Positions 1-9,034 of a DNA stretch of 64,000 nt are shown one piece after another. How positions within the stretch are numbered: position 1 is the stretch's first letter; every line of letters starts with the position of its first letter. Position numbers and translations under genes: made by a program. Source of the stretch: Nitrospirota bacterium. Lineage in GTDB: Bacteria; Nitrospirota; Thermodesulfovibrionia; Thermodesulfovibrionales; BMS3Bbin05. The DNA lies in assembly GCA_020351835.1 (NCBI GenBank), contig CP070669.1:102782-166781 (forward strand), in the 5' to 3' direction. The notes beneath the pieces were generated by a model that saw nothing but the letters and a program-made list of their open reading frames with translations, had not been told where the DNA came from and ran no database searches.

Positions 1-288
1 GACCCTTAAGCTTCGCTCAACCTCTACCGTGAAATCAACATGGCCGGGGGTATCGATAATATTTATTCTATTATCCTTCCAGTAACAGGTTGTGGCTGCG
101 GCGGTTATGGTAATTCCCCGCTCCTGCTCCTGTTTCATCCAGTCCATTTGAGCCTTGCCGTCATGGACCTCGCCGATTTTATGGCTCTTACCGGTATAAT
201 ATAGAATCCTCTCTGTAATCGTAGTCTTGCCGGCATCAATATGCGCCATAATACCAATATTCCTTGTCTTATCAAGCGGAAATCTCAC
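1..288 (-). CDS. fusA: Elongation factor G, N-terminal fragment (gene continues past the left edge)
   Basis: Minus-strand translation from GTG at 288 gives [44 protein letters not shown]...[10 protein letters not shown]. This contains the G1 motif AHIDAGKTT and G3 motif DTPGH. It lies directly downstream of rpsL-rpsG, as in the str operon. Confidence 0.9.
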   Translation of the reverse strand, partial: MRFPLDKTRNIGIMAHIDAGKTTITERILYYTGKSHKIGEVHDGKAQMDWMKQEQERGITITAAATTCYWKDNRINIIDTPGHVDFTVEVERSLRV

Positions 289-318
289 TCTAAACCTCTC
301 TTAATGGATCAGATTAAT

Positions 319-789
319 CTACCATCTGTAATGGGCAAAGGCCTTATTGGCCTCAGCCATTTTGTGGGTATCTTCTTTCTTCTTGATGGAGGAGCCTGTG
401 TTGTTGTAGGCATCTAACAGTTCTGCAGCAAGCTTCTGACTGATAGTCTTCTCGCTCCGCTGCCTTGTGTAGGTACTTATCCACCTGAAAGCTAATGCGT
501 TCCTTCTCTGAGGCCTGACCTCAACGGGCACCTGGTATGTTGCTCCGCCGACCCTCCTAGGCCTGACTTCGAGGACCGGTTTAACATTGTCTATAGCGGT
601 CTTAAAGACCTTGAGCGGGTCCTCTCCCGTCTTCTCCTTTATGATATCAAAGGCACCGTAACACATTTTCTCTGCGGTAGACTTCTTACCGCCCTTCATC
701 AGAATATTCATGAACTTGCTAAGAAGTACGCTACCGTACTTCGGATCCGGCAATATGTCTCTTTTTGCTGCTACTCTGCGTCTTGGCAT
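319..789 (-). CDS. rpsG: 30S ribosomal protein S7
   Basis: 156 aa starting [20 protein letters not shown] and ending AFAHYRW, typical of S7. Sits between rpsL and fusA. Confidence 0.97.
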   Translation of the reverse strand: MPRRRVAAKRDILPDPKYGSVLLSKFMNILMKGGKKSTAEKMCYGAFDIIKEKTGEDPLKVFKTAIDNVKPVLEVRPRRVGGATYQVPVEVRPQRRNALAFRWISTYTRQRSEKTISQKLAAELLDAYNNTGSSIKKKEDTHKMAEANKAFAHYRW

Positions 790-798
790 GATCTCCTC

Positions 799-1170
799 TT
801 ATTTAGGCTTCTTTGCTCCGTATTTGGATCTGCCGCGCCTTCTTCCATCAACACCGACAGAGTCCAATGTTCCTCTTATTATATGGTACTTGACACCAGG
901 AAGGTCCTTTACCCTGCCTCCCCTGATCAGCACTATAGAATGCTCCTGAAGGTTATGACCGACTCCCGGTATGTAGGCGGTGACCTCCATCCCGTTCGTA
1001 AGACGCACCCTTGCGACCTTTCTCAAAGCAGAGTTCGGCTTTTTGGGAGTGGTCGTGTAGACCCTTACACATACCCCTCTTCTCTGAGGGCACGACTTAA
1101 GAGCAGCGCTCTTGGTCTTCTTCTCGGTCTTTTTTCTTCCCTGCCTTATCAGCTGTGCTATAGTCGGCAA
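799..1170 (-). CDS. rpsL: 30S ribosomal protein S12
   Basis: 123 aa, [14 protein letters not shown]...[19 protein letters not shown]...[14 protein letters not shown]. The start codon is TTG, with GAGG 9 nt upstream. Confidence 0.97.
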   Translation of the reverse strand: MPTIAQLIRQGRKKTEKKTKSAALKSCPQRRGVCVRVYTTTPKKPNSALRKVARVRLTNGMEVTAYIPGVGHNLQEHSIVLIRGGRVKDLPGVKYHIIRGTLDSVGVDGRRRGRSKYGAKKPK

Positions 1171-1189
1171 TTCTTTTCCTCACTTACGC

Positions 1190-1205
1190 CGGGTCCATGG
1201 ACCCG
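1190..1205 (-). promoter_or_regulatory. Perfect 16-nt palindrome (hairpin) in the rpsL leader
   Basis: CGGGTCCATGGACCCG is its own reverse complement. It would give a 6-bp stem with a CAUG loop, 20-35 nt upstream of the rpsL TTG start. Confidence 0.35.
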
Positions 1206-1394
1206 ATAGTTTATTATTCCCATGATCGGGGGAAAACTCGACAATGATACCAGAGGCATGCTGTTTTGTCAAGATAGATCATCCCGATATCCGGGAAATG
1301 AAATTCTAACATTACCGAAAAAAAATAATCAATAAAAAAAAGGTATTTAGGTATTTATGCTCTGAAGTTGACAATATGACCCTTTTGCCGGACG

Positions 1395-2888
1395 CTAAAG
1401 GTCCATGTCCTGAGGGCCCCAGTTCTCTATATATTTCTTGGCAGTCCGCCTGTCAAGTCCGGCCCTCCTGGCTACGGCTTCATAGGACCCATACCTGTCG
1501 TAAAGGATCCTGCAGTAATGGGATAGCAGGGTCTGTGCATCCAGAGAGCCGGCCTTTATCCCTTCGATAATAAGGCTTTCAATATCTCCCGCAGGTGTAG
1601 AATTAAGGTCTATCTCATACCTTCGCTTTAAAAGTATTCTCCTTATGCACTGTTCAAGTTCACGGACATTGCCCGGCCAGGAGTAATCCTGAGGGACCTG
1701 TTTCCTGATCTCCTTTATTACATTACCGGCTATCTCGTCGGCTTTATCACCAACAATACGTCTGACCATATGGTTCACAAGATCAACAAGCTCCTTAGGG
1801 TCCTCAGCTATTCGCTGGCTTAGGGTCGGGACCATTATAACATCCGAACAAAGACGGTAATAGAAGTCATCCCTGAACACTCCTTCGGCCCGGAGCCTGT
1901 CAAGGGGCCTGTTCGTGGCCGCAATGATCCTCCCGGGGAAACGCTTTTTCTCGTGGCTTCCGACAGGTGAGTATTCCCGGTCCTCCAGTACCTGCAGAAG
2001 CTTTATCTGCACCGGAACAGGCACCTCGCCTATTTCGTCGAGGAACACCGCACCATGCTTACGGCACCGCGCAAGCGCACCATCATAGTCCGAGACAGCA
2101 CCTGTAAATGAACCTTTTTTGTGTCCGAACAGTTCCGATTCAATTAACTGTTCAGGGAACTGGGAGAGGTTCATAGCCACAAAAGCACTTGTAAAGCTCT
2201 CTGCATAATGTCCCTTTTCCCTATCATAAGGTATATAAGCTGACTGCCCTATGGCCTTTGCACACATTCCCTTCCCGGTTCCGGTCTCTCCGAGAATAAG
2301 AGTAGAGTAGTCCTCCATCCTGTCCCAAAGCTCCCTTGTATAAAGTCCAATATTACTGGTAATAACATTGTTCCATAGACTTTCTCTAAGGTATACCATG
2401 CATGGACTTCTGCCTACTATTGTCTTTGCAATGAAATAGTAGGCGCGGCGCATCTGGAAGAACGCGGCGAAATAATGCAGAGCCTCTTTATCACTAAAGC
2501 CGAGCTTCCTGATCATTGATATCATTTCCTCGGCAAACGGCACCTTGCATGGAGATTCTCCCTGTGATATCTGCGATTCTATCAACTCATCGTTCTTCGG
2601 GAAAAAGATATTGTACACATGATAAAGAACCGCATTCTCGATAAGTATGCGGTCACTGCCTTCGAACTTTCTTACATCGTTCTTCCCTTCTGAAAAGAGC
2701 TTCTTAACTCCGGATGCCACCATTTTTATTATCTTTATCCTTCTTTCCTCATATGTAGAGTTAGGGGGGAAGTCTGCAAGCTTGCTGTCGGCAGATATCC
2801 TCATTTCAGAAAATGGATTGGCATGAATGACATCGGTCACATCAGACAGGAACTTTCTTTCGGAGCTGGATAGTTTACTTTTAGACAT
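1395..2888 (-). CDS. Sigma-54-dependent transcriptional activator (AAA+ plus C-terminal HTH) with an uncharacterised N-terminal domain and no receiver domain
   Basis: Walker A GETGTGKG, ESELFGHKKGSFTGA (GAFTGA-type loop), Walker B FLDEIG, WPGNVRELE, C-terminal HTH. The ORF opens at 2918, but MSKSK at 2888 is the more plausible start. Confidence 0.9.
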   Translation of the reverse strand: MSKSKLSSSERKFLSDVTDVIHANPFSEMRISADSKLADFPPNSTYEERRIKIIKMVASGVKKLFSEGKNDVRKFEGSDRILIENAVLYHVYNIFFPKNDELIESQISQGESPCKVPFAEEMISMIRKLGFSDKEALHYFAAFFQMRRAYYFIAKTIVGRSPCMVYLRESLWNNVITSNIGLYTRELWDRMEDYSTLILGETGTGKGMCAKAIGQSAYIPYDREKGHYAESFTSAFVAMNLSQFPEQLIESELFGHKKGSFTGAVSDYDGALARCRKHGAVFLDEIGEVPVPVQIKLLQVLEDREYSPVGSHEKKRFPGRIIAATNRPLDRLRAEGVFRDDFYYRLCSDVIMVPTLSQRIAEDPKELVDLVNHMVRRIVGDKADEIAGNVIKEIRKQVPQDYSWPGNVRELEQCIRRILLKRRYEIDLNSTPAGDIESLIIEGIKAGSLDAQTLLSHYCRILYDRYGSYEAVARRAGLDRRTAKKYIENWGPQDMDL

Positions 2889-3179
2889 GATGCACAAATT
2901 GTACATCCATATGCACAATATGGCAAGTTTCTCAAATATTAATTATCATGGCGGCGATCATTATTCGGCATCGACCATATTTATTTTTATCGGATCCCCC
3001 TGGCAATATCCCTCGCAAAAGGCGTCTCCTGCAGGTCAGAGCAAGATAAGTTATTGCATGTCTTGATTAATTAAAGGATATTTCTGCTATTATAAACATC
3101 TCTTCTGGAATGATCCTTTTAAAGGGTATTTCTTTAAGAGAACAAATTGAAGGGAAATAACGGAGAAGGAGGTCATTTA

Positions 3180-3269
3180 GTGGGAAACGTAAAGAAGTGG
3201 CGTAAGAAGAAGATGAGCAAGCATAAGAACAAAAAGCTTCGCAGAAAAATGAAGTTCAAGAAGAGGTAA
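3180..3269 (+). CDS. 29-aa Lys/Arg-rich small protein resembling the AURKAIP1/COX24 (mS38 C-terminal) motif
   Basis: GTG at 3180 lies 6 nt after GGAGAAGGAGG. Translation is VGNVKKWRKKKMSKHKNKKLRRKMKFKKR, with TAA at 3267-3269. It is too short for the supplied ORF track. Confidence 0.6.
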   Translation: MGNVKKWRKKKMSKHKNKKLRRKMKFKKR

Positions 3270-3273
3270 GCAT

Positions 3274-3289
3274 AGAGCTGAGAAGCTCT
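3274..3289 (+). terminator. Weak hairpin terminator after the small basic ORF
   Basis: AGAGCT-GAGA-AGCTCT (6-bp stem, 4-nt loop) followed by TTAT. It begins 5 nt after the TAA. Confidence 0.35.
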
Positions 3290-3328
3290 TTATCGTTAAT
3301 GTTCGGTCTTTCATGTAAGTAGCAAGAT

Positions 3329-4084
3329 CTATTTTGTATCGAACCGAGTAACCATGATCCCCGTAAAGGGCATGCTATCAATATAATTTCCCAGGGCCAC
3401 CCTCTTAACTTCCCCGTTCCCGTTCTTATTACCGCTAGCGTGGATAAGGAATATACCCCCTTCGTGTACCGATACAATTCCTATGTGTCCGATTATCTCA
3501 CCTACTTTTCTCTTTGAAGGGTCCTTTACAAAGAAAATGATATCCCCGCTTCTTAATTTATCAGCATTAGTCAGAGCGCTCTTCTTTGCTATGATATCTA
3601 CCCTTTCGATCCCCCTTTCACCCTTAACAGAGACCGGTGAAGCTATCTCTCGTGTAACGTTCCTGCCGAACTTGCCGCTTAATATCATATCTATTCCATA
3701 CTGGTACCTTTCCTCATAGTTCAGTACATTACCGTCAGCATCCAATCGGCCATGTGTCAGGAACCTTGTATTGAGCGCATTGGCTACAGCATCAGAGTAA
3801 TTGTTGCTGAATGCGAGCTCAACAGACCTGAACGTTGTATACATGCAATCTACCCGTTCATCCGCTACAATGACACCTTTTCGAACATACTCACCGACAG
3901 GGTCAGGATCATAGGGGGTCCCAACGAAACTCTCAGCCCAGAAGGCTATTCTATCGCCCGTGGACATATCACTTACCATACTGCTTAGCTCCTCGAACTT
4001 TGCCTCAGATATGACGAATCCTTCCGAGTAAGTACCGAGCAGTAGGATAAGAAAAGTGATGACCATTCTCTCTATTTTTCTCAT
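3329..4084 (-). CDS. Secreted NlpC/P60-superfamily (DUF1460-like) putative cell-wall hydrolase
   Basis: N-terminal signal/anchor MVITFLILLLGTYS. Cys-His-His arrangement: VDCMYT, IGHIGIV, LIHASG. Also a GTPYDPDP motif. Confidence 0.55.
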   Translation of the reverse strand: MRKIERMVITFLILLLGTYSEGFVISEAKFEELSSMVSDMSTGDRIAFWAESFVGTPYDPDPVGEYVRKGVIVADERVDCMYTTFRSVELAFSNNYSDAVANALNTRFLTHGRLDADGNVLNYEERYQYGIDMILSGKFGRNVTREIASPVSVKGERGIERVDIIAKKSALTNADKLRSGDIIFFVKDPSKRKVGEIIGHIGIVSVHEGGIFLIHASGNKNGNGEVKRVALGNYIDSMPFTGIMVTRFDTK

Positions 4085-4158
4085 ACTTCAATTATAATTG
4101 TTTATATATATGCCTGTCATGTGCCTGAATAACATAGGAGTCTGTTCTTCGGAGGGGA

Positions 4159-5166
4159 ATGACCATGCTGGATACGTCTTTTCGTGAAGGTAAGAAAGAC
4201 ATGCCACTCATAGTTTTTGTCCATGGCCTGGGAATGGACAAGCACATATGGACAGACCCTCTTAGATCAAAGGTCCTCGCAGGAAAGTTTCCTGTCGATA
4301 TATTGCTGAGAAAGAAGGCCAGGTCCTTTATTACCGAAAGTAAAAGACCGATGAGGAACAGGATATCGCTCGGTGTTGCGCCTTCAAGGCTTGAATCTCT
4401 CTACTATAAACTTAATAAGATCGGTTTCGGCGTACTGGCCTGGTCACAGAGAAGACCGGCAGCAGACTCTGGATTTGCTGTTAACGAATTGAGGTCCCTC
4501 CTTACCGATCATGATGAACATACGAGGAACGGCATAGTCCTTTTGGGTCATAGCAGAGGAGGACTTATCGCGAAAAGGTTCGCATTGTCCGAACCCAGAC
4601 CCGTTATCTCAATCATTTCTTTAGGTTCCCCATTCATGGGAAGTTCACTTGCAAAGTGGGCAAAAATACTTGCTAAGACGTCATTTGTGCTTAAGCCTTT
4701 CTTAAAGAGCTCAGGGCAAAAAGATGTAAAGGGCAACATAAATCATGTACTAAAGTTCATAAACAGTAAGGCGGTAAAGGAGCTTCTTCCCGACTCGGAA
4801 TTTATTCGTTCACTGAAAAAACCTCTCTCCAGCAGAATAAAGACGCTGAGCATAGCCGGTTCGTCTCCTGATCTTATAGGCCTTTACAGCTGGCATTCGG
4901 ATTGCATAAAGAACTCAAAAAAATACAGATCAAGGCAAAAATTGCTATTCTCATTTCCAAATTCATTGAACAGGGTATTACCCGAAATGATGATGCCTGA
5001 AGAGCTGATCGACGGCAAGGGGGATGGACTTGTTGCTGTAGATAGTGCTCTGTCTACAATGAAAGGCATATCGTCCATACATTCGTTAAACCATGCGGCA
5101 TTGGTTTTCAACCGGTCAGTCCATCAAGAGGTCATATCGTTCTTAAAAGATGGTGTAGCAGCGTGA
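4159..5166 (+). CDS. Alpha/beta-hydrolase (lipase/esterase-like)
   Basis: HG oxyanion motif VFVHGLGMD and nucleophile elbow GHSRGG. 335 aa. Confidence 0.75.
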   Translation: MTMLDTSFREGKKDMPLIVFVHGLGMDKHIWTDPLRSKVLAGKFPVDILLRKKARSFITESKRPMRNRISLGVAPSRLESLYYKLNKIGFGVLAWSQRRPAADSGFAVNELRSLLTDHDEHTRNGIVLLGHSRGGLIAKRFALSEPRPVISIISLGSPFMGSSLAKWAKILAKTSFVLKPFLKSSGQKDVKGNINHVLKFINSKAVKELLPDSEFIRSLKKPLSSRIKTLSIAGSSPDLIGLYSWHSDCIKNSKKYRSRQKLLFSFPNSLNRVLPEMMMPEELIDGKGDGLVAVDSALSTMKGISSIHSLNHAALVFNRSVHQEVISFLKDGVAA

Positions 5167-6263
5167 GCATATTTTACATAATTTTAATTGTGATACTTCT
5201 TCTGGGATTGGTCATGACCTTCGTGCGAGGCAGAAAAATATCCCTGGAGCTCTCAGACATGGTCAGCTCGAACAAGAGAACGATAAGGGAGCTTAACATT
5301 ATAAATGAGCTGACGGCGGCCCTTCTGTCAAGCCTGGAGATGGAAAGCGTGATAGAACTACTGCTGGACAGGGCAAAAGAACTGCTAAGGGCAACACGTT
5401 CTGCCGTTATTCTTATAGAGCCGGGAGGTCGGGTCAGGGAGTTTCACACATCGCTAGGTCCCGCTCCTGACTGCAAAATAAAGCTTACCGGGACCTTGTT
5501 AAAGGTATTTGAGGATATGACACCTCTAAGAGCAACAAATGTCACAGAGACTGATGACTTTAAAAGGTTTCCGGACCAGCACCCCGATATCAGGAGCATT
5601 CTTGCCGTACCCATAATCCTAAGAAGTAAAGTAATAGGAGAACTGATAGTTACGGATAAACTGCAAGGTGACAGTTTTACACCTGCTGATGAAGACCTGT
5701 TACTCACAATGGCATTTCACAGTGCATTTGCAATAGAGAAGGTGCTTCTTCACACCGAAGTACTTAAGATGGCAACGACCGACGGTCTTACAGGACTGCA
5801 TAACCATAGGAGCTTTCAGGAAAGACTGGAGAACGAAATAGAAAGAGTAAGAAGGTACGACCATTCATTTTCATTGATGATCCTTGATATTGACAGGTTC
5901 AAGGACTTCAATGACGCTTACGGCCACCAGGCAGGTGATATAGCGCTGAGATCGATAGCCGGCGTTATGAACGATAACATCAGAGGAGCCGATATGGCAG
6001 CGCGATACGGCGGTGAGGAATTTGCCATCATACTTTCGGAGACCCCGCTTGACGGAGCTATACAGACCGCTGAAAGGATAAGGGGCCAGATAGAGAAACT
6101 TGCAATACAGCACGATGGTCAGACACGGCGCGTAACCATCAGTATCGGAATAGCCGAATTCCCCTCCGACGGTTTGTCGAGAGAGGAGCTTATAGAATCA
6201 GCCGATAAGGCTCTTTACTATTCGAAAAGATCTGGTAGGAACAAGGTAAGCACGTTCAGTTAA
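5163..6263 (+). CDS. Membrane-anchored GAF-GGDEF diguanylate cyclase
   Basis: N-terminal TM helix, a GAF-like middle region, LTGLHNHRSF, an active-site RYGGEEF, and an RxxD I-site (RGAD) 5 residues upstream. There is a 4-nt overlap with the upstream hydrolase gene. Confidence 0.9.
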   Translation: MSIFYIILIVILLLGLVMTFVRGRKISLELSDMVSSNKRTIRELNIINELTAALLSSLEMESVIELLLDRAKELLRATRSAVILIEPGGRVREFHTSLGPAPDCKIKLTGTLLKVFEDMTPLRATNVTETDDFKRFPDQHPDIRSILAVPIILRSKVIGELIVTDKLQGDSFTPADEDLLLTMAFHSAFAIEKVLLHTEVLKMATTDGLTGLHNHRSFQERLENEIERVRRYDHSFSLMILDIDRFKDFNDAYGHQAGDIALRSIAGVMNDNIRGADMAARYGGEEFAIILSETPLDGAIQTAERIRGQIEKLAIQHDGQTRRVTISIGIAEFPSDGLSREELIESADKALYYSKRSGRNKVSTFS

Positions 6264-6280
6264 GAAAAGCTCATCAAAGA

Positions 6281-6793
6281 TCATTTTTCTATCCCTTTTC
6301 TGGCCTCAACACCGTTCCTGTAGTAATGCTTGATCTCTTTCATTTCCGTTACCAGATCGGCTAAAGCTATCAGTTTTTCATCAGCATAGCGGCCAGTAAT
6401 AACAACCTCAACACCTGCATGCCTGTTTTTGATCATTTCAAGAAATTCATCTATATCAATGATCTTATAGAAAATAGCCACATTGGCCTCATCAAGGACC
6501 ACCAGGTCATAATTGCCTGATGACAGGGCATCATTTACCTCTCTCAAGCCATCCCTGACGGCCTCTACATCCTCATCCGTCGGTCTGTTCTCGAAAAAGG
6601 CGCCTGTACCATATTGTCTGATATCTACCCTGTCCTTAAGCTTTTCCAAAACACTGATCTCACTGTAATCTCCCTTTTTAAGGAACTGTGCGAATAACAC
6701 CCGCAAGCCTGCACCGTAAGCCCTAAGCGCAAGACCCAATGCCGCCGTCGTCTTTCCTTTTCCTTTGCCGGTGTATATTTGTACGTAATTCAT
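6281..6793 (-). CDS. cobO: Cob(I)yrinic acid a,c-diamide adenosyltransferase (CobO/BtuR type)
   Basis: IYTGKGKGKTTAALGLALRA P-loop, VLDE, ITGR, 170 aa. This is the typical CobA/CobO layout. Confidence 0.9.
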   Translation of the reverse strand: MNYVQIYTGKGKGKTTAALGLALRAYGAGLRVLFAQFLKKGDYSEISVLEKLKDRVDIRQYGTGAFFENRPTDEDVEAVRDGLREVNDALSSGNYDLVVLDEANVAIFYKIIDIDEFLEMIKNRHAGVEVVITGRYADEKLIALADLVTEMKEIKHYYRNGVEARKGIEK

Positions 6794-6845
6794 TTCAGGT
6801 GAATGCGAAAGTTATATATCGAAAGAAGGACCGAGGCACAGAGCA

Positions 6846-7199
6846 TCATTCATCTTTGATGCTCTGCTCGAACAACTCATATAAGTTAGGTTGATCAGCA
6901 GGATTTAGTTCCTCATGAAATGATATTCCTATGTAGTAAAGATCGTCCCGCTTAATACATCCGGAGATCTTCCCATCTATCCTGTCCTTGATCTCCGCAC
7001 CTAACTTGGAGATGAAGTATACATCGATAGACACTTCTGCTCCGATCTCAAGAGGTTTTTCAAAGAAAACACCGATCCCCCCTTCGGAAATGTTATGGAC
7101 CATTACTGTATAAGGCTCATCGTCCTTAACTCCTTTGACAGTTAAGGAAGCTGTAGCTATATATGAATATCTTTGATGTTTTCTGGTTCCATCTGCCAT
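6846..7199 (-). CDS. PilZ-domain protein
   Basis: 117 aa with RKHQRY (RxxxR-like) near the N-terminus and NISEGGIGV (D/NxSxxG), the c-di-GMP binding signature. Confidence 0.75.
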   Translation of the reverse strand: MADGTRKHQRYSYIATASLTVKGVKDDEPYTVMVHNISEGGIGVFFEKPLEIGAEVSIDVYFISKLGAEIKDRIDGKISGCIKRDDLYYIGISFHEELNPADQPNLYELFEQSIKDE

Positions 7200-7303
7200 T
7201 TCTGATCTCCCCTTTAATCATTGTATTATGAAAACAAAAACAATTCAACCAAAAAAGCTCTCTCATGAATATGGTATATTAAAGCATTGCCAAGAAAAGG
7301 AGT

Positions 7304-7909
7304 TTGCTGACCTTGTCGAAAAAACAAAGACCACTGCCTAAGCAACCAGGAACACCCTTTAAAGGAAAAGACCGCTTCGGATCAGAAAGGGACAGGGCTA
7401 CACTTATGGCCGATGAGATGGCAATGGCCATGGCAGAGGGCAGGCTTGAAGAGTTCATAGAGTCAGAGATCCCGGATAGTGAACATGCAAGAAAATTGCT
7501 CGAGATGATGATGGGCATGACCGGGATGTCACCTGTTTCAAAGAAAGTTCAAAAAAGCACGAAAAAAGGATCAGGTGTTAAAGTATCACACACGGAAGAC
7601 GACCCAATGAATATTGAAAACGCCTCATCCATGCCATCAAAAGAGATAATGGATGCCGTGAAGGACGGAAGTGTAGGCGATCTTGTTGATCTCTTAAGAA
7701 AGGAACACGACAAGAGGAACCCCGGCAGTTCAGAAGGAACGACTTCCAAACAGCCGCCGTTAAAGGACAAAGGCCTATCCGCGAAAGAAAGAACTATTAT
7801 CGATGAACTGATAAAGATATCCAAAGATAACAGTGTTTCACTTGACTGGATAACGTTGCGAGCACTTCAACATTACATCAAAGAATATAAGAAGACCGGC
7901 AAACTTTAA
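7304..7909 (+). CDS. Hypothetical charged protein
   Basis: Long ORF with an AGGAG upstream. The TTG at 7313 is better spaced from the SD than the TTG at 7304. No domain recognised. Confidence 0.5.
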   Translation: MLTLSKKQRPLPKQPGTPFKGKDRFGSERDRATLMADEMAMAMAEGRLEEFIESEIPDSEHARKLLEMMMGMTGMSPVSKKVQKSTKKGSGVKVSHTEDDPMNIENASSMPSKEIMDAVKDGSVGDLVDLLRKEHDKRNPGSSEGTTSKQPPLKDKGLSAKERTIIDELIKISKDNSVSLDWITLRALQHYIKEYKKTGKL

Positions 7910-8107
7910 TCATGACCTAACAGCTTTTGTAAAATTTCTCTTTATTGCCTCTGCAGAAAGAGGGATAGCCGGCAATGTCTTATTACCTTTTTTCGCGATT
8001 ATATGTATGAACTTAGGCCCCTTCTTTCTGGATCTCAGGGCCTTATTTATTTCATTCTTATCGCTAACCGTATGGATGTTCCTAAGTCCAAATCCACCAG
8101 CTACTGC
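7910..8107 (-). pseudogene. In-frame continuation (65 codons) of the decarboxylase gene beyond the TAA at 8108-8110
   Basis: The same frame after the TAA reads AVAGGFGLRNIHTVSDKNEINKALRSRKKGPKFIHIIAKKGNKTLPAIPLSAEAIKRNFTKAVRS, then TGA at 7910-7912. It has no start codon of its own. The joined length of 374 aa fits the family. Confidence 0.7.
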
Positions 8108-9034
8108 TTAAAGGTTGGCAACTCTATTAGCAGCCGTCGGCTGATCTCCTGTCGAGCTATATACACCGTTGTCGATAAGCACAATAGTGAGGTTCCGGGG
8201 CTTCTTTGCAGCTATGGTCGAAAGAGTCGAAGGGTTCATCAGCAGACTGCCATCTCCATCAATGACCATTACCTCTTTGCTGCATGAGATGGACAGGCCA
8301 AAACCGATCGGTGTAGCCATTCCCATGCTTCCGAGCATATAGAAATTTGAAGGTTGATCTAAAATATCATAGAGTTCTTTAGCGGGGAAACCAAGATTAC
8401 AAACAACAAGCTTGCCCCTAAGGTATCTTTTGATCTCGTTAATAATTTCATATCGGGTCATTCTCCCGGGATGGATACTATTTTCCCTCTTGTCCTTTAT
8501 ACTGAAGGCTCTCCTTTCGCTGATCAGCGGGATATTGATGTGAGATCCTTCCCATACCCTGGGACTCAGCAGAAAAGCATGAATAAGGTTCTTGCTATAG
8601 ACTTTTTGAAGTGGCCCCTTGATCTTATTGATCTCTTTCGCATTCTCGATATTCGTATAGCCTATCCCCGCAGCCTTGAGCAATCCTTCCACATGTTCTC
8701 CCATCGGTACCTGAGCCGCAATAGTTTCCTTATAAACACCTCTATGACTTAAAAAGATCGGCAACGGTAGTTTATAAAATGAGGTCAGGGACAAAAGCGC
8801 ATTTATCATGTTCCCGATGCCTGAGTTCTGCACGATCATCGCGGCTCTATTCCCGGCAAGGGCTACTCCTGCCGATATGCCCACACCGGCCTCCTCGCGC
8901 GACAATCCTACATGTTCAAACTCTGATCTGACAAGCATTATCAGGTTCTTTACCCTTTCGCAGGGCAAGGTAGCTACTACGTCCACACCGCTCTCTCTTA
9001 GAATGCTGACTAGCTCTTCTTCAGGTGATCGCAT
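8108..9034 (-). CDS. Sulfopyruvate/phosphonopyruvate-decarboxylase-like TPP enzyme (fused ComD/ComE-like), ended prematurely by an in-frame TAA
   Basis: N-terminal half is ComD-like (GVDVVATLPCERVKNL...GISAGVALAG). C-terminal half has the TPP motif GDGSLLMNPSTL...LIDNG. At 308 aa it is short for this family; see the extension at 7910-8107. Confidence 0.75.
   Translation of the reverse strand: MRSPEEELVSILRESGVDVVATLPCERVKNLIMLVRSEFEHVGLSREEAGVGISAGVALAGNRAAMIVQNSGIGNMINALLSLTSFYKLPLPIFLSHRGVYKETIAAQVPMGEHVEGLLKAAGIGYTNIENAKEINKIKGPLQKVYSKNLIHAFLLSPRVWEGSHINIPLISERRAFSIKDKRENSIHPGRMTRYEIINEIKRYLRGKLVVCNLGFPAKELYDILDQPSNFYMLGSMGMATPIGFGLSISCSKEVMVIDGDGSLLMNPSTLSTIAAKKPRNLTIVLIDNGVYSSTGDQPTAANRVANL

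Noticed and set aside
3001-3017. Sigma-54-like sequence TGGCAATATCCCTCGCA upstream of the small basic ORF
   Set aside because: The GG to GC spacing is 11 nt rather than the invariant 10, and the -12 element is TCGC, not TTGC. Similar off-by-one matches occur inside coding regions (for example 5710, 7408, 27003, 62054).
8108-8110. In-frame TAA as evidence of stop-codon reassignment
   Set aside because: TAA clearly terminates many neighbouring genes at family-appropriate lengths (for example at 6261-6263, 7907-7909, 3267-3269). A genome-wide recoding of TAA is therefore not supported. A local mutation, sequencing error or read-through is more likely.
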